Part shown: positions 25,513-33,294 of the stretch, one piece after another
How positions within the stretch are numbered: position 1 is the stretch's first letter
Layout: each line of letters starts with the position of its first letter
Source: a virus
Length of the DNA: 43,055 bases
IMG/VR virus record: IMGVR_UViG_3300034072_001079
Direction: 5' to 3' (one strand)
Notes under the pieces: model-generated
Databases searched by the model: none
Told to the model about the DNA's origin: nothing
What the model saw: the letters and a program-made list of their open reading frames with translations, nothing else
Translations under genes and position numbers: made by a program

Positions 25513-26657
25513 GGGAGCATATTCAAAGCACCTTGCGCGCTATGGTGCTCAACTACGGAAAGCGCGGACATTCCTGGGATCATCTGGACGGCGAGGTATG
25601 CACGAAGGCGGCAGACAAGCTCGACCAGCTTGAAGCCGAACTCGCCGCGCTCAAGGCGCAGCAGGTGGGGCAGGAGCCGGCCGGCGAAGTGCATTTGCGG
25701 ACAGGCGGAGGGATAAGTCTGCTGCACGTTGAGCTGGCACAGCCTCTGCCACCGGGCACCAAGCTCTACACCGCACCCCAGCCCGCGCCATCTCAGGACG
25801 TGGCGGGGTTGGTGGGGGCGTTGCGTGCGCTTCATCACCGTAACGATCACCCTGGGCGCTTCGACGCGGAAGTCGACCGCATCACAAGCGAAGCCCTCGT
25901 AGGCTGGGAGAAAACCAAATTGATTGACTACGTGGCCCATGAGCCGGTCAAGCCCGTCCCAATCCGGCACGCGCCGCGCCGCCGGCCCTCGGGCGATTAT
26001 GAATGCCCGTGCGGGGCGGTGTGGGACGCTGACGAGGGGGCGGATTGTCCAAATGAATCCGACGGGGGGCGGTTGATAAATAAATGCCATGGATGGCGGC
26101 ACCGGCCTTGCGCTAGTATCTGCGAAGCTACTACACGAGGCAACACAAATGGACACGCTGCTAACCGTCACCGAGCTGGCCGCCCTGCTCAAAGTCAACC
26201 CCGAAACCATCCGCCGGCTCACTCGCGCCGGCAAAATCCCCGCCGTCCGCCTGGGTCACGCCTACCGTTACCGGGCCGCCGACGTGATCGCAGCGGGGGC
26301 TCTGAAATGAAGCCTACCCCCGCAGACCTGCGCCACGCTATTGACGTTTACCGCGCCTACCTCTACAGCGGGAAAACTACACAGTGCCGCAACTTTCACG
26401 AGGCGGTAATTCTGGACGCCGAGCACACCTACGCCCGCATTACTGGCCGTCCGGCACCGGAGGTTCCTGCGTCTCACCATTGCAAGCCGACTCTGGCCAG
26501 GGCAGTCCGTGAAGTCTATTCGGAGCTGGCCATCTGCTGCTGGTCGAGCCCGCCCAAACCGAAAAGCCGTTTAGCCTGCCGCCGAGCTGCCGCCGAGCTG
26601 CTTGGTGTATCGCTTTCGGTTTACAGCGCACGTATCCGCGCCAGGGGTGCCCAATGA
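25509..26657 (+). CDS. Hypothetical protein; the ORF has no stop until 26657 and runs in frame into the next gene (N-terminal ~190 aa look coding)
   Basis: ATGA overlap with the upstream gene and a coiled-coil-like N-terminus. After the G6 run at 26064-26069 the frame becomes Arg/Pro junk while overlapping an HTH gene, then re-enters the 26307 ORF. Confidence 0.4.
   Translation: MREHIQSTLRAMVLNYGKRGHSWDHLDGEVCTKAADKLDQLEAELAALKAQQVGQEPAGEVHLRTGGGISLLHVELAQPLPPGTKLYTAPQPAPSQDVAGLVGALRALHHRNDHPGRFDAEVDRITSEALVGWEKTKLIDYVAHEPVKPVPIRHAPRRRPSGDYECPCGAVWDADEGADCPNESDGGRLINKCHGWRHRPCASICEATTRGNTNGHAANRHRAGRPAQSQPRNHPPAHSRRQNPRRPPGSRLPLPGRRRDRSGGSEMKPTPADLRHAIDVYRAYLYSGKTTQCRNFHEAVILDAEHTYARITGRPAPEVPASHHCKPTLARAVREVYSELAICCWSSPPKPKSRLACRRAAAELLGVSLSVYSARIRARGAQ
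26149..26310 (+). CDS. Excisionase/MerR-type HTH DNA-binding protein
   Basis: LLTVTELAALLKVNPETIRRLTRAGKIPAVRLGHAYRYRAADV. ATG after GAGG. Stop overlaps the next start (ATGA). Confidence 0.65.
   Translation: MDTLLTVTELAALLKVNPETIRRLTRAGKIPAVRLGHAYRYRAADVIAAGALK
26307..26657 (+). CDS. Hypothetical protein with possible C-terminal HTH
   Basis: 116 aa. Translationally coupled on both sides (ATGA overlaps at 26307 and 26654). Confidence 0.55.
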   Translation: MKPTPADLRHAIDVYRAYLYSGKTTQCRNFHEAVILDAEHTYARITGRPAPEVPASHHCKPTLARAVREVYSELAICCWSSPPKPKSRLACRRAAAELLGVSLSVYSARIRARGAQ

Positions 26658-29401
26658 CTCAAGCCATTACCGCCGCACTGCAGCCGGGCCGCGCGCTGCA
26701 CGCGCTGACCGCCTACCGTCAGTTCATGCTCTATCAGCTCGTGCCGGATGCGGAACGGCCGGGCAAGACCCACAAGTACCCGGTCAGCCCGCACACGCTG
26801 CAGATCGCCAGTGCGCACGACCTGCTGTCCTGGGCCGACTGCGGCACCGCCCTCGCCGTGCTGGCCATGTTGCCCCCGGAGCAGTACGGACTCGCGTTCG
26901 TGTTTACCGTCAACGATCCGTTCTGGTTCATCGACGTGGACAACTGCCTCGACGGCGCCGACTGGATCCCTATTGCCCGTGAGTTGTGCGCGCGGTTCAA
27001 CGGCGCCGCTGTGGAGGTGAGCCAGTCGGGCCGCGGCTTGCACTTGTTTGGCCAAGGCCAAGCGCCGCGGCCCCGCCGCTGCAAGTCGCCCGCCGGGTTC
27101 GACCTGTACACCGAGCGCCGCTTCGTGGCCCTGACGGGTGACCGCGTGATAGGCAACGCCGGCACGGAGCACGGGGCCGCCCTGGCTGAGCTGGTGCCAC
27201 TGTACCTGCCGCCGGACGCGGCCGGATCGCTCGAAGGCTGGACAACCGAACCGGTGGCCGAGTGGCACGGCCCGACCGATGACGACGAGCTGATCGAAAA
27301 GTTTCTCTCCAGCCGCACCACCCCGGGCGAGGCGTTCGGCAACAAAGCCGGTATCGCTGCGCTGTGGAATGCTGACGCTGACGTGCTGGCCCGCGCGTTC
27401 CCGTCCGATCAAGGCCACGGCTACGACGCCAGCCGGGCAGATAGCGCCCTGGCAACACACCTGGCGTTCTGGACAGGCAAGGACTGCGCCCGCATCGAAC
27501 GGCTCATGCGCCGCAGTGCGCTTGCCCGGGATAAATGGGACGCCCGGCCCCAGTGGCTGGAGGACACTATTCAGAAAGCCGCTGCCCTGCCCAACTCTGC
27601 GGTCTATGGCGCGCCGCAACTGCCCGCCGAGCCGGTGCGCGCCGTCGAGTGGACCACCGAGCCGGTGGCGGGCTACTTGGATCAGTCCGAACCGGTCGAA
27701 GTGCTGGCCAAGGCCTTTGCCAACGGGTCCAGCCGGCTGTCGAAGCTGTGGAACAGTGACGCTCCGGTCGAACAGCTCCTGCCGGATCTGGCGTTCCACC
27801 TGGGCAGCAACTGTGACGCGGTGCTGCGCGCCGTACTGACCCGGCCTGGCACCGTCGAGTCCGACCCGCTGCGTAAGGCCATCGCCGACGTGTGCGCCCG
27901 CCAGACTCGCCACCGGGGTGTTTTCCCTGCCGATCTCGGAACACTGCGCGTCGATCCAGGCCAGGTGGAAGTGACGGCCATGCAGATCCACGAGGACTTG
28001 CACAAAATCCCCAACCTGTTCGTGCGTGACGGGCGGCTCACATGGGTTAGTAAGTCCGGCAGTCTGGTGCCGTTTACTTCCCACGAGCTTACCGCCCGCT
28101 TGGAGCGGCATTATCGGTTCGTGGCGGGCAAGGACGCCAAGCCGGCGAAGACCCCCGAGACTATCGTTCATCGATTGCTGGGCAAAGTTGATTACCCGGG
28201 CGTACAACGCGTGGCGGCAGCTATCCCGTTGCCTGCGTGCCGAGCGGACGGCTCGGTAATTCTCGAGGCGGGCCTTGACGAAAGTACGGGGCTATTCCTG
28301 CTAAAAGACGCGGCGCGGCCGCCCGTGCTGCTGTCAGACGAGGGCCTGCGCGATGCGTTGACCCGGCTATGGGCGCCTATTCGAGAGTTCCCGTATGCCA
28401 ACGCGGAAAGCCGAGGCGTAGCGCTCGCATTGATCCTAACCACGGTTTGCCGGCCCAGTCTCCCCAACGCCCCCGCGTTTCTTGTGAACGCCCAGGCGGC
28501 GGGGACAGGTAAAACGCTGCTCTGCCAAGCTTTCGCCACGATGGGGTTGGCGCCCGCCGAAGACAACACACGGATGCCCGCCTGCAGCGCGCTCCCGGAC
28601 GACCCAGCAGAGCAGGGCAAAACCATCATGGCGCACTTAGCGCGCGGCCCGAGAGTGGTGTTTTTCGACAACGTGGTCGGGGTTATCCGAGACCGGGCCG
28701 TTATTTGCAGCGCCATGACGTCGCCCTCGTTCGAGGGGCGAGTTCTAGGGGCGACAGCGATGATGCGAGCGGACAACAGGGCCGTCTGGCTCCTGAACGG
28801 CAACAACGTCGGCTTGGTGGGCGACGTAGTGCGCCGAGTTATGGTCATCTCCCTTGATAGCGACGAACGCCCGGAAACGAAGCGGCACGGATTCTGCCCC
28901 GTCGAAATGATCCGGAACGACTTGGAGGGCTACCGCCAGGATGCTATCGACGTGCTGGCCACATATGCCGCCCGTGGCGCCGAGCCAGAAGGCCTGTCCG
29001 GGTACGCGTCGTTCGACGAATGGAACAAGCTGGTGCGGGGCTGCGTCATGTGGCTAAAGAGCCTCGGCGTGGCGCCTATGGAAGTCGCCGACCCAATGCT
29101 GACAGTCGAGGCTCAGCGGGCGCAAGACCCTGCAGTCGAGCTGCGCGAGCGGTTCACCCAAGCGTGGCTTGGTCGATTCGGCACAGACGCACGGGTGCTC
29201 AACGACGTAATGGGGCCGTCCGACTCCGTGGAGTGGGCCGAGGCGCTAGAAGAAGTCTGCACCCGGCACGGGCGGTACGATAAAGCCAACTTAAAAATCT
29301 GGATGAAAGAGAATAAAGGGCGGATAACGAACGGGTATAAGTTTATGATCCACCCGCAACGAACAAACCGAGGGTTCGCCTGGTATTTACATAAAAATTA
29401 A
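26654..29401 (+). CDS. Bifunctional primase-polymerase (AEP) / SF3 helicase
   Basis: AEP motifs FIDVDN and SGRGLHLF in the N-terminal part. Walker A AAGTGKT and a downstream D5/SF3-like region. 915 aa. Confidence 0.85.
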   Translation: MTQAITAALQPGRALHALTAYRQFMLYQLVPDAERPGKTHKYPVSPHTLQIASAHDLLSWADCGTALAVLAMLPPEQYGLAFVFTVNDPFWFIDVDNCLDGADWIPIARELCARFNGAAVEVSQSGRGLHLFGQGQAPRPRRCKSPAGFDLYTERRFVALTGDRVIGNAGTEHGAALAELVPLYLPPDAAGSLEGWTTEPVAEWHGPTDDDELIEKFLSSRTTPGEAFGNKAGIAALWNADADVLARAFPSDQGHGYDASRADSALATHLAFWTGKDCARIERLMRRSALARDKWDARPQWLEDTIQKAAALPNSAVYGAPQLPAEPVRAVEWTTEPVAGYLDQSEPVEVLAKAFANGSSRLSKLWNSDAPVEQLLPDLAFHLGSNCDAVLRAVLTRPGTVESDPLRKAIADVCARQTRHRGVFPADLGTLRVDPGQVEVTAMQIHEDLHKIPNLFVRDGRLTWVSKSGSLVPFTSHELTARLERHYRFVAGKDAKPAKTPETIVHRLLGKVDYPGVQRVAAAIPLPACRADGSVILEAGLDESTGLFLLKDAARPPVLLSDEGLRDALTRLWAPIREFPYANAESRGVALALILTTVCRPSLPNAPAFLVNAQAAGTGKTLLCQAFATMGLAPAEDNTRMPACSALPDDPAEQGKTIMAHLARGPRVVFFDNVVGVIRDRAVICSAMTSPSFEGRVLGATAMMRADNRAVWLLNGNNVGLVGDVVRRVMVISLDSDERPETKRHGFCPVEMIRNDLEGYRQDAIDVLATYAARGAEPEGLSGYASFDEWNKLVRGCVMWLKSLGVAPMEVADPMLTVEAQRAQDPAVELRERFTQAWLGRFGTDARVLNDVMGPSDSVEWAEALEEVCTRHGRYDKANLKIWMKENKGRITNGYKFMIHPQRTNRGFAWYLHKN

Positions 29402-29413
29402 CCAATTTACTCA

Positions 29414-29437
29414 CCCCGCTTCGGCGGGGTTTTTCTT
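29414..29437 (+). terminator. Rho-independent terminator ending the rightward early operon
   Basis: ccccgc-ttcg-gcgggg stem with UUCG loop, followed by ttttt. Confidence 0.8.
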
Positions 29438-29444
29438 GCCAAAA

Positions 29445-29639
29445 CTACACTCCTACACGCCTTCTACACGCCTTCTACACCGGCACCAAAGCCACGGGGC
29501 ACTAAGCGTGCGCCGGTTTTCAGTGTAGAAGTGTAGACACTTCTCTATCTTAAGAAGGAAAACGACTGTATAAAAATATAAAAATATAAACGCTAGCCCA
29601 GCCACGCTGGAAAGCTCTGCACAGACTGCACTTCTACAC
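29445..29639. promoter_or_regulatory. Iteron cluster: CTACAC x5 direct and x2 inverted, a 7-bp-stem palindrome and a 22-nt pure A/T tract
   Basis: Direct copies at 29445, 29453, 29464, 29475 and 29634; the middle three are spaced exactly 11 bp. GTGTAG at 29523 and 29531. Palindrome 29527-29544. tataaaaatataaaaatataaa at 29569-29590. Confidence 0.7.
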
Positions 29640-29643
29640 TCGC
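29634..29643 (+). promoter_or_regulatory. Late-type (class II) promoter-like motif CTACACTCGC upstream of TerS
   Basis: Matches CTAyyCTCGC seen at 35583, 38562 and 41477. No -35 element. Confidence 0.3.
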
Positions 29644-29712
29644 TTGCCCAAAATTGCACCCGTGGTAACCTTGACGCCAACGACAACCCGTAACGGACCC
29701 GCGCGCAAAAAT

Positions 29713-30129
29713 ATGAGCCGGCACATGTTCGACCTATACGGCGAGGCTTGGGTCATCGAGCAGATCCTGGCCGAGCAGACCATCACCGCCATCTGCGCCA
29801 GCGTGGGCGTCTCGACGGCGGCGTATTTCCAATGGCAGGAGTCCGAGCCGGGCCGCATTGACCGGATCAACTCGGCGCGCACGAAGGTCGCCCAGTTGTG
29901 GGAGGAGCGGGCCGAGACGGTCATACGCGAGGCGAAAAACTCGTTTGAGCTGCAGAAGGCCCGCGACCTGGCCCACCACTACCGATGGCGCGCCAGCAAG
30001 ATCGCTCCACGCAACTACGGCGACAAGGTGCAGCAGGAGATAACCGGCGCGGGCGGCGCGCCCCTGGTCGACGTTGGCGCGGGCGTGCTCGAAGCCCTGG
30101 CGAGGAAACACCGTGACACTGACGGTTGA
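29713..30129 (+). CDS. Terminase small subunit
   Basis: HTH-like N-terminus and HHYRWRASKIAPRNYGDK motif. Lies immediately upstream of and overlapping TerL. ATG 29713 chosen over the track TTG at 29644. Confidence 0.65.
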   Translation: MSRHMFDLYGEAWVIEQILAEQTITAICASVGVSTAAYFQWQESEPGRIDRINSARTKVAQLWEERAETVIREAKNSFELQKARDLAHHYRWRASKIAPRNYGDKVQQEITGAGGAPLVDVGAGVLEALARKHRDTDG

Positions 30130-31513
30130 CCAGATCGCGCACCTGCGCTCCGACCTGCTCGCGTTCTCGCAGCACATGTTCCGCGCCCGCAAAGGCGCCG
30201 AGCTGCGATACAACGCGCACCAGGCCCGGATATGCGACGCACTGGAGCGGGTCGTGCTGGGCAAGTGCAAGCGCCTGGTGATCAACGTCCCGCCCCGCTC
30301 AGGCAAGACCGAACTCGCGGTTATCAACCTCATCGCCTGGTGCATGGGCAACTGGCCCGACTGCGAGTTCATTCACGCCAGCTACGCCAAGCGCCTGGCC
30401 ACCACGAACACCTGGGCCGCGCGGGCCATCGTCGAGCATGAGGCCTTCGCCGAGATATTCGGGCCGCCCCAGCTGCGGCACGACAGCAACGCCAAGGACG
30501 AGTGGCGGACCGAACAGGGCGGCATCGTCTACGCGACCGGCGCGGACGGCACCATTACCGGCTACGGCGCGGGCAAGATGCGGCGCACGTTTGGCGGCGC
30601 GATCATCGTGGACGACCCGCACAAGGCCGGCGAGGCAACGAGCCCGACCATGCGGCAGAACGTGCTCGACTGGTTCAGCACGACCATGGAGAGCCGGAAA
30701 AACTCGAACGACACACCAATCATCGTGATCATGCAGCGCCTGCATGAGGAAGACTTGGCCGGGTGGCTGCTGGCCGGCGGCAACGGCGAGCACTGGGACC
30801 ACGTGTGCATCCCGGCGATTACCGAGGCGGGCGAATCGTTCTGGCCGGGCCAGTTCGAGCTGGACAACCTGCGCCGCATGGAGCGGGCAAACGCCTACGT
30901 GTTCGCTGGCCAGTACATGCAGCGCCCCGCCCCGATCGGCGGCGGCCTGTTCCGGGACGACTGGTGGCGCTATTGGCGCGAGCTGCCCGAGCTGGATTAC
31001 GTGACGATCTACGCGGACACAGCGCAAAAGACTGGCGAGAAAAACGACTACAGCGTGTTCCAGGCGTGGGGGCAGGCCAAGGGCGGCGCGGGCGTGTATC
31101 TGCTCGATCAGATCCGCGGCAAGTGGGAAGCCCCCGAGCTGCTGGTGCAGGCCCGAGCGTTCTGGCACAAGCACCGCGCGGGCGGCCCGCTGCTCCGAGC
31201 GGTCAAGATCGAAGACAAGGTGAGCGGGACCGGCTTGATCCAGACGCTACGGCGAGAGGGCTGCCCAGTGCAGGCCATCCAGCGCGATCGCGACAAGGTG
31301 ACCCGCGCGATGGACGTGGCGCCCAGCATCGAGGCGGGGCACGTGTACCTGCCCGAGGCGGCGCCCTGGCTGTCCGGGTTCCTGGCTGAGGCCACGGTGT
31401 TCCCCGAGGGTGCGCACGACGACCAGCTCGACCCGATGATGGACGCCGTTTCCGACATGCTGCTCGGCCCGGCCCCGGCCGCTGGCATCCTGCTACCCCC
31501 GCGCCGGCGATAG
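30113..31513 (+). CDS. Terminase large subunit
   Basis: Walker A NVPPRSGKTE, Walker B IIVDDPHK, C-terminal nuclease Asp residues (YADTAQK.., HDDQLD). GTG 30113 after GAGGAA. Confidence 0.9.
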   Translation: MTLTVDQIAHLRSDLLAFSQHMFRARKGAELRYNAHQARICDALERVVLGKCKRLVINVPPRSGKTELAVINLIAWCMGNWPDCEFIHASYAKRLATTNTWAARAIVEHEAFAEIFGPPQLRHDSNAKDEWRTEQGGIVYATGADGTITGYGAGKMRRTFGGAIIVDDPHKAGEATSPTMRQNVLDWFSTTMESRKNSNDTPIIVIMQRLHEEDLAGWLLAGGNGEHWDHVCIPAITEAGESFWPGQFELDNLRRMERANAYVFAGQYMQRPAPIGGGLFRDDWWRYWRELPELDYVTIYADTAQKTGEKNDYSVFQAWGQAKGGAGVYLLDQIRGKWEAPELLVQARAFWHKHRAGGPLLRAVKIEDKVSGTGLIQTLRREGCPVQAIQRDRDKVTRAMDVAPSIEAGHVYLPEAAPWLSGFLAEATVFPEGAHDDQLDPMMDAVSDMLLGPAPAAGILLPPRRR

Positions 31514-31517
31514 GTAG

Positions 31518-31546
31518 TTGACGACCGCGCCACCTTGGGCCATAGT
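31518..31546 (+). promoter_or_regulatory. Early sigma70-like promoter (class I) directly after TerL
   Basis: ggtagTTGACG-accgcgccaccttgggc-CATAGT with a 17-nt spacer, 33 nt before ATG 31580. Confidence 0.5.
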
Positions 31547-31579
31547 GACGCCTGGATCAACTGGAACGAGGCTAGAACG

Positions 31580-32056
31580 ATGCCTGCGAAACTGCTCTAT
31601 ACGTACCAATTCGGCCAACCGTGGCGCCCGGCGCCCTTTGACGTCCCGCACGGGGGCAGCGTTGTTATCGAGTCGGGGTGCTTGAAAATCTATGGACCCG
31701 TCGAGCGTCCCGCGGAGCCCTGGACCGGCGACGGCCTGCCGCCCGTCGGCACCGAGTGCGAGATAAAACACCTCGGGCACGCCGGCGGGTTCCACCCGGC
31801 GAAAATCACCTATCACGGCCGGAACCTCGTCGCGTTCCAGTACCAGACCGGGAACCCGGATCAGCACGAGTTCGCCGACGAGCCCCGCAACCTGATTTTC
31901 CGCCCGGCCCGTACGCCCGAGCAGAAAGCCCGCGACGAAGCGGTCGACGCGATGCTGGCCATTGTGGGCGGGTCTGAGCGCCGGGTCGTTGAACAGCTGT
32001 TCGACGCGGGCTACCGGAAAGTAACGTCGGAACGCCAGGACGGGCGCACACCATGA
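31580..32056 (+). CDS. Hypothetical protein (C-terminal ..EQLFDAGYRKV motif)
   Basis: 158 aa from the internal ATG of track ORF 31535-32056. Confidence 0.55.
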   Translation: MPAKLLYTYQFGQPWRPAPFDVPHGGSVVIESGCLKIYGPVERPAEPWTGDGLPPVGTECEIKHLGHAGGFHPAKITYHGRNLVAFQYQTGNPDQHEFADEPRNLIFRPARTPEQKARDEAVDAMLAIVGGSERRVVEQLFDAGYRKVTSERQDGRTP

Positions 32057-32253
32057 GCCAGAAAGCCCTGTGGCTGCTCTCAACCCGCACCGGCCCGGCG
32101 CTCGTCGTCCGTGCCGCCTGCCCCACCTGCGCCCGGAACGTAGCGGTCGACGCGGCCGGGCCGGAGGGGACGCGGTATTGGCGCGAGTGTGACGTCCAGC
32201 GCGTGCACGAATCCGGTTCGGCTGGCGTGGTATTGCGTCGTGATCCCCCGTAA
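32053..32253 (+). CDS. Hypothetical small protein
   Basis: 66-aa ORF with ATGA overlap to the upstream gene. Confidence 0.45.
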   Translation: MSQKALWLLSTRTGPALVVRAACPTCARNVAVDAAGPEGTRYWRECDVQRVHESGSAGVVLRRDPP

Positions 32254-32536
32254 CGAGATCGCCCTGGCCTTGGAGCTACGGGCCGAGGGGTGCTGTTGGA
32301 AGCGCATAGCCCAAGGGCTCGGGCACGACCCGGACGCCTTGCGGCTCACTGTGAAAAACGCGGTTCGGGACGGCTTTGCCGGTGACGCCCGGATCGCCAC
32401 GCCAGAGTGGGCACTGCGGGCCGCGCGCACCATGCGGGCCAACGGGCTCGGCTGGCGGTCAATCGCGGCCCACCTCGGCCAGCCCGAGGCGAAGCTGCGC
32501 GAACGCTACTATCGACTGAGGAAAACCAAGCGATGA
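32240..32536 (+). CDS. Tandem-HTH DNA-binding protein
   Basis: Two similar units: LELRAEGCCWKRIAQGLG and TMRANGLGWRSIAAHLG. GTG 32240 overlaps the upstream stop (alternative ATG at 32189). Confidence 0.5.
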   Translation: MIPRNEIALALELRAEGCCWKRIAQGLGHDPDALRLTVKNAVRDGFAGDARIATPEWALRAARTMRANGLGWRSIAAHLGQPEAKLRERYYRLRKTKR

Positions 32537-32994
32537 ACCACCCCGGATACGAAACACTCGCCGCCGTGCTGCAGGAGGCGTTCGACCAGGCCGCGACAGG
32601 CAAGGGCGCTGAGCGGCACGCCAACGCCCTGCCATTTCACGAGCAGCCTATGCAGCAGATCGCGCGCCGCCGCGGCCTGGGGTTCCTGCTCGGCCAGGTC
32701 GACAAGAAAACCGAGGAAGCCCAGGGCATGCTCGAACGAGGCGAGCGGGCCGCCTGGCGCCGCGAGATCCTGGGCGCTATCAACTACCTGGCCGGCGCGT
32801 TGATCTACACAGACGGACTGTCCGAGTCGGGCGGGGCTAAGGAAACGGACGGTCCGGTTTGGTTTGAGGAATACTCAACGCCGATGCCCGGTCGGGAGGT
32901 AGTCGTCTGGAGCCGTAACGGTCGGAAAGTCTGCGTGGAGTGGGGCGCAAACTGCGTTTTGGAAACTGGCGACCGCTGGCGCTATGTCGACTAG
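32533..32994 (+). CDS. Phage protein with helical N-terminal domain (DUF5664/nucleotide-pyrophosphohydrolase-N-like) and DUF551-like C-terminus
   Basis: GKGAERHA..PFHEQPMQQI..GFLLGQVDKKTEEA..EILGAINYLAGA. ATGA overlap with the upstream gene. Confidence 0.5.
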   Translation: MNHPGYETLAAVLQEAFDQAATGKGAERHANALPFHEQPMQQIARRRGLGFLLGQVDKKTEEAQGMLERGERAAWRREILGAINYLAGALIYTDGLSESGGAKETDGPVWFEEYSTPMPGREVVVWSRNGRKVCVEWGANCVLETGDRWRYVD

Positions 32995-33068
32995 CCGCCG
33001 GCTCGCCCGCGCCGCCCTCGCGGCGGCGTTGCTCGGCCATGCCACGTTGGTAATCGTGCCGATAGTAG

Positions 33069-33097
33069 TTGACGGGGCCGCCATCTTTTGACAGAAG
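33069..33097 (+). promoter_or_regulatory. Early class I promoter-like site (weak -10)
   Basis: agtagTTGACG-gggccgccatcttttga-CAGAAG. The -35 and spacer are nearly identical to the site at 12003-12031. Confidence 0.4.
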
Positions 33098-33126
33098 GGC
33101 CCCCTCAACCACGGAGACGCCCCGAA

Positions 33127-33294
33127 ATGACAAACGCCCAGATCATCGCCAACCTGTTCGCCAGCCGAGCCCGCAAAATCGAGTGGCGCATGGCCGAGTT
33201 CGGCGAAAGCTACGCCGAAGCAAAATCCAAAGTTGCTGAGCAGTCCGTCGCAGGCCCGGTGGTATGGGAAAAGCTCGACGCGGCGTTCGCCTAA
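33127..33294 (+). CDS. Hypothetical small protein
   Basis: 55 aa, ATG after GGAGA. Its stop overlaps the 3' end of the convergent MuF-like gene. Confidence 0.45.
   Translation: MTNAQIIANLFASRARKIEWRMAEFGESYAEAKSKVAEQSVAGPVVWEKLDAAFA

Noticed and set aside
26092-26127. Promoter for the HTH gene (ggatgg-17-TAGTAT)
   Set aside because: The -10 is good and the spacer loosely resembles the family motif, but the -35 is poor. It is too weak to list as a feature and is used only as a hint that 26070-26148 is intergenic.
26149-26310. Excisionase-like HTH as evidence for a lysogeny module
   Set aside because: No integrase, repressor or att-like repeats are present anywhere in the genome. The HTH more likely belongs to a regulator coupled to the primase operon.
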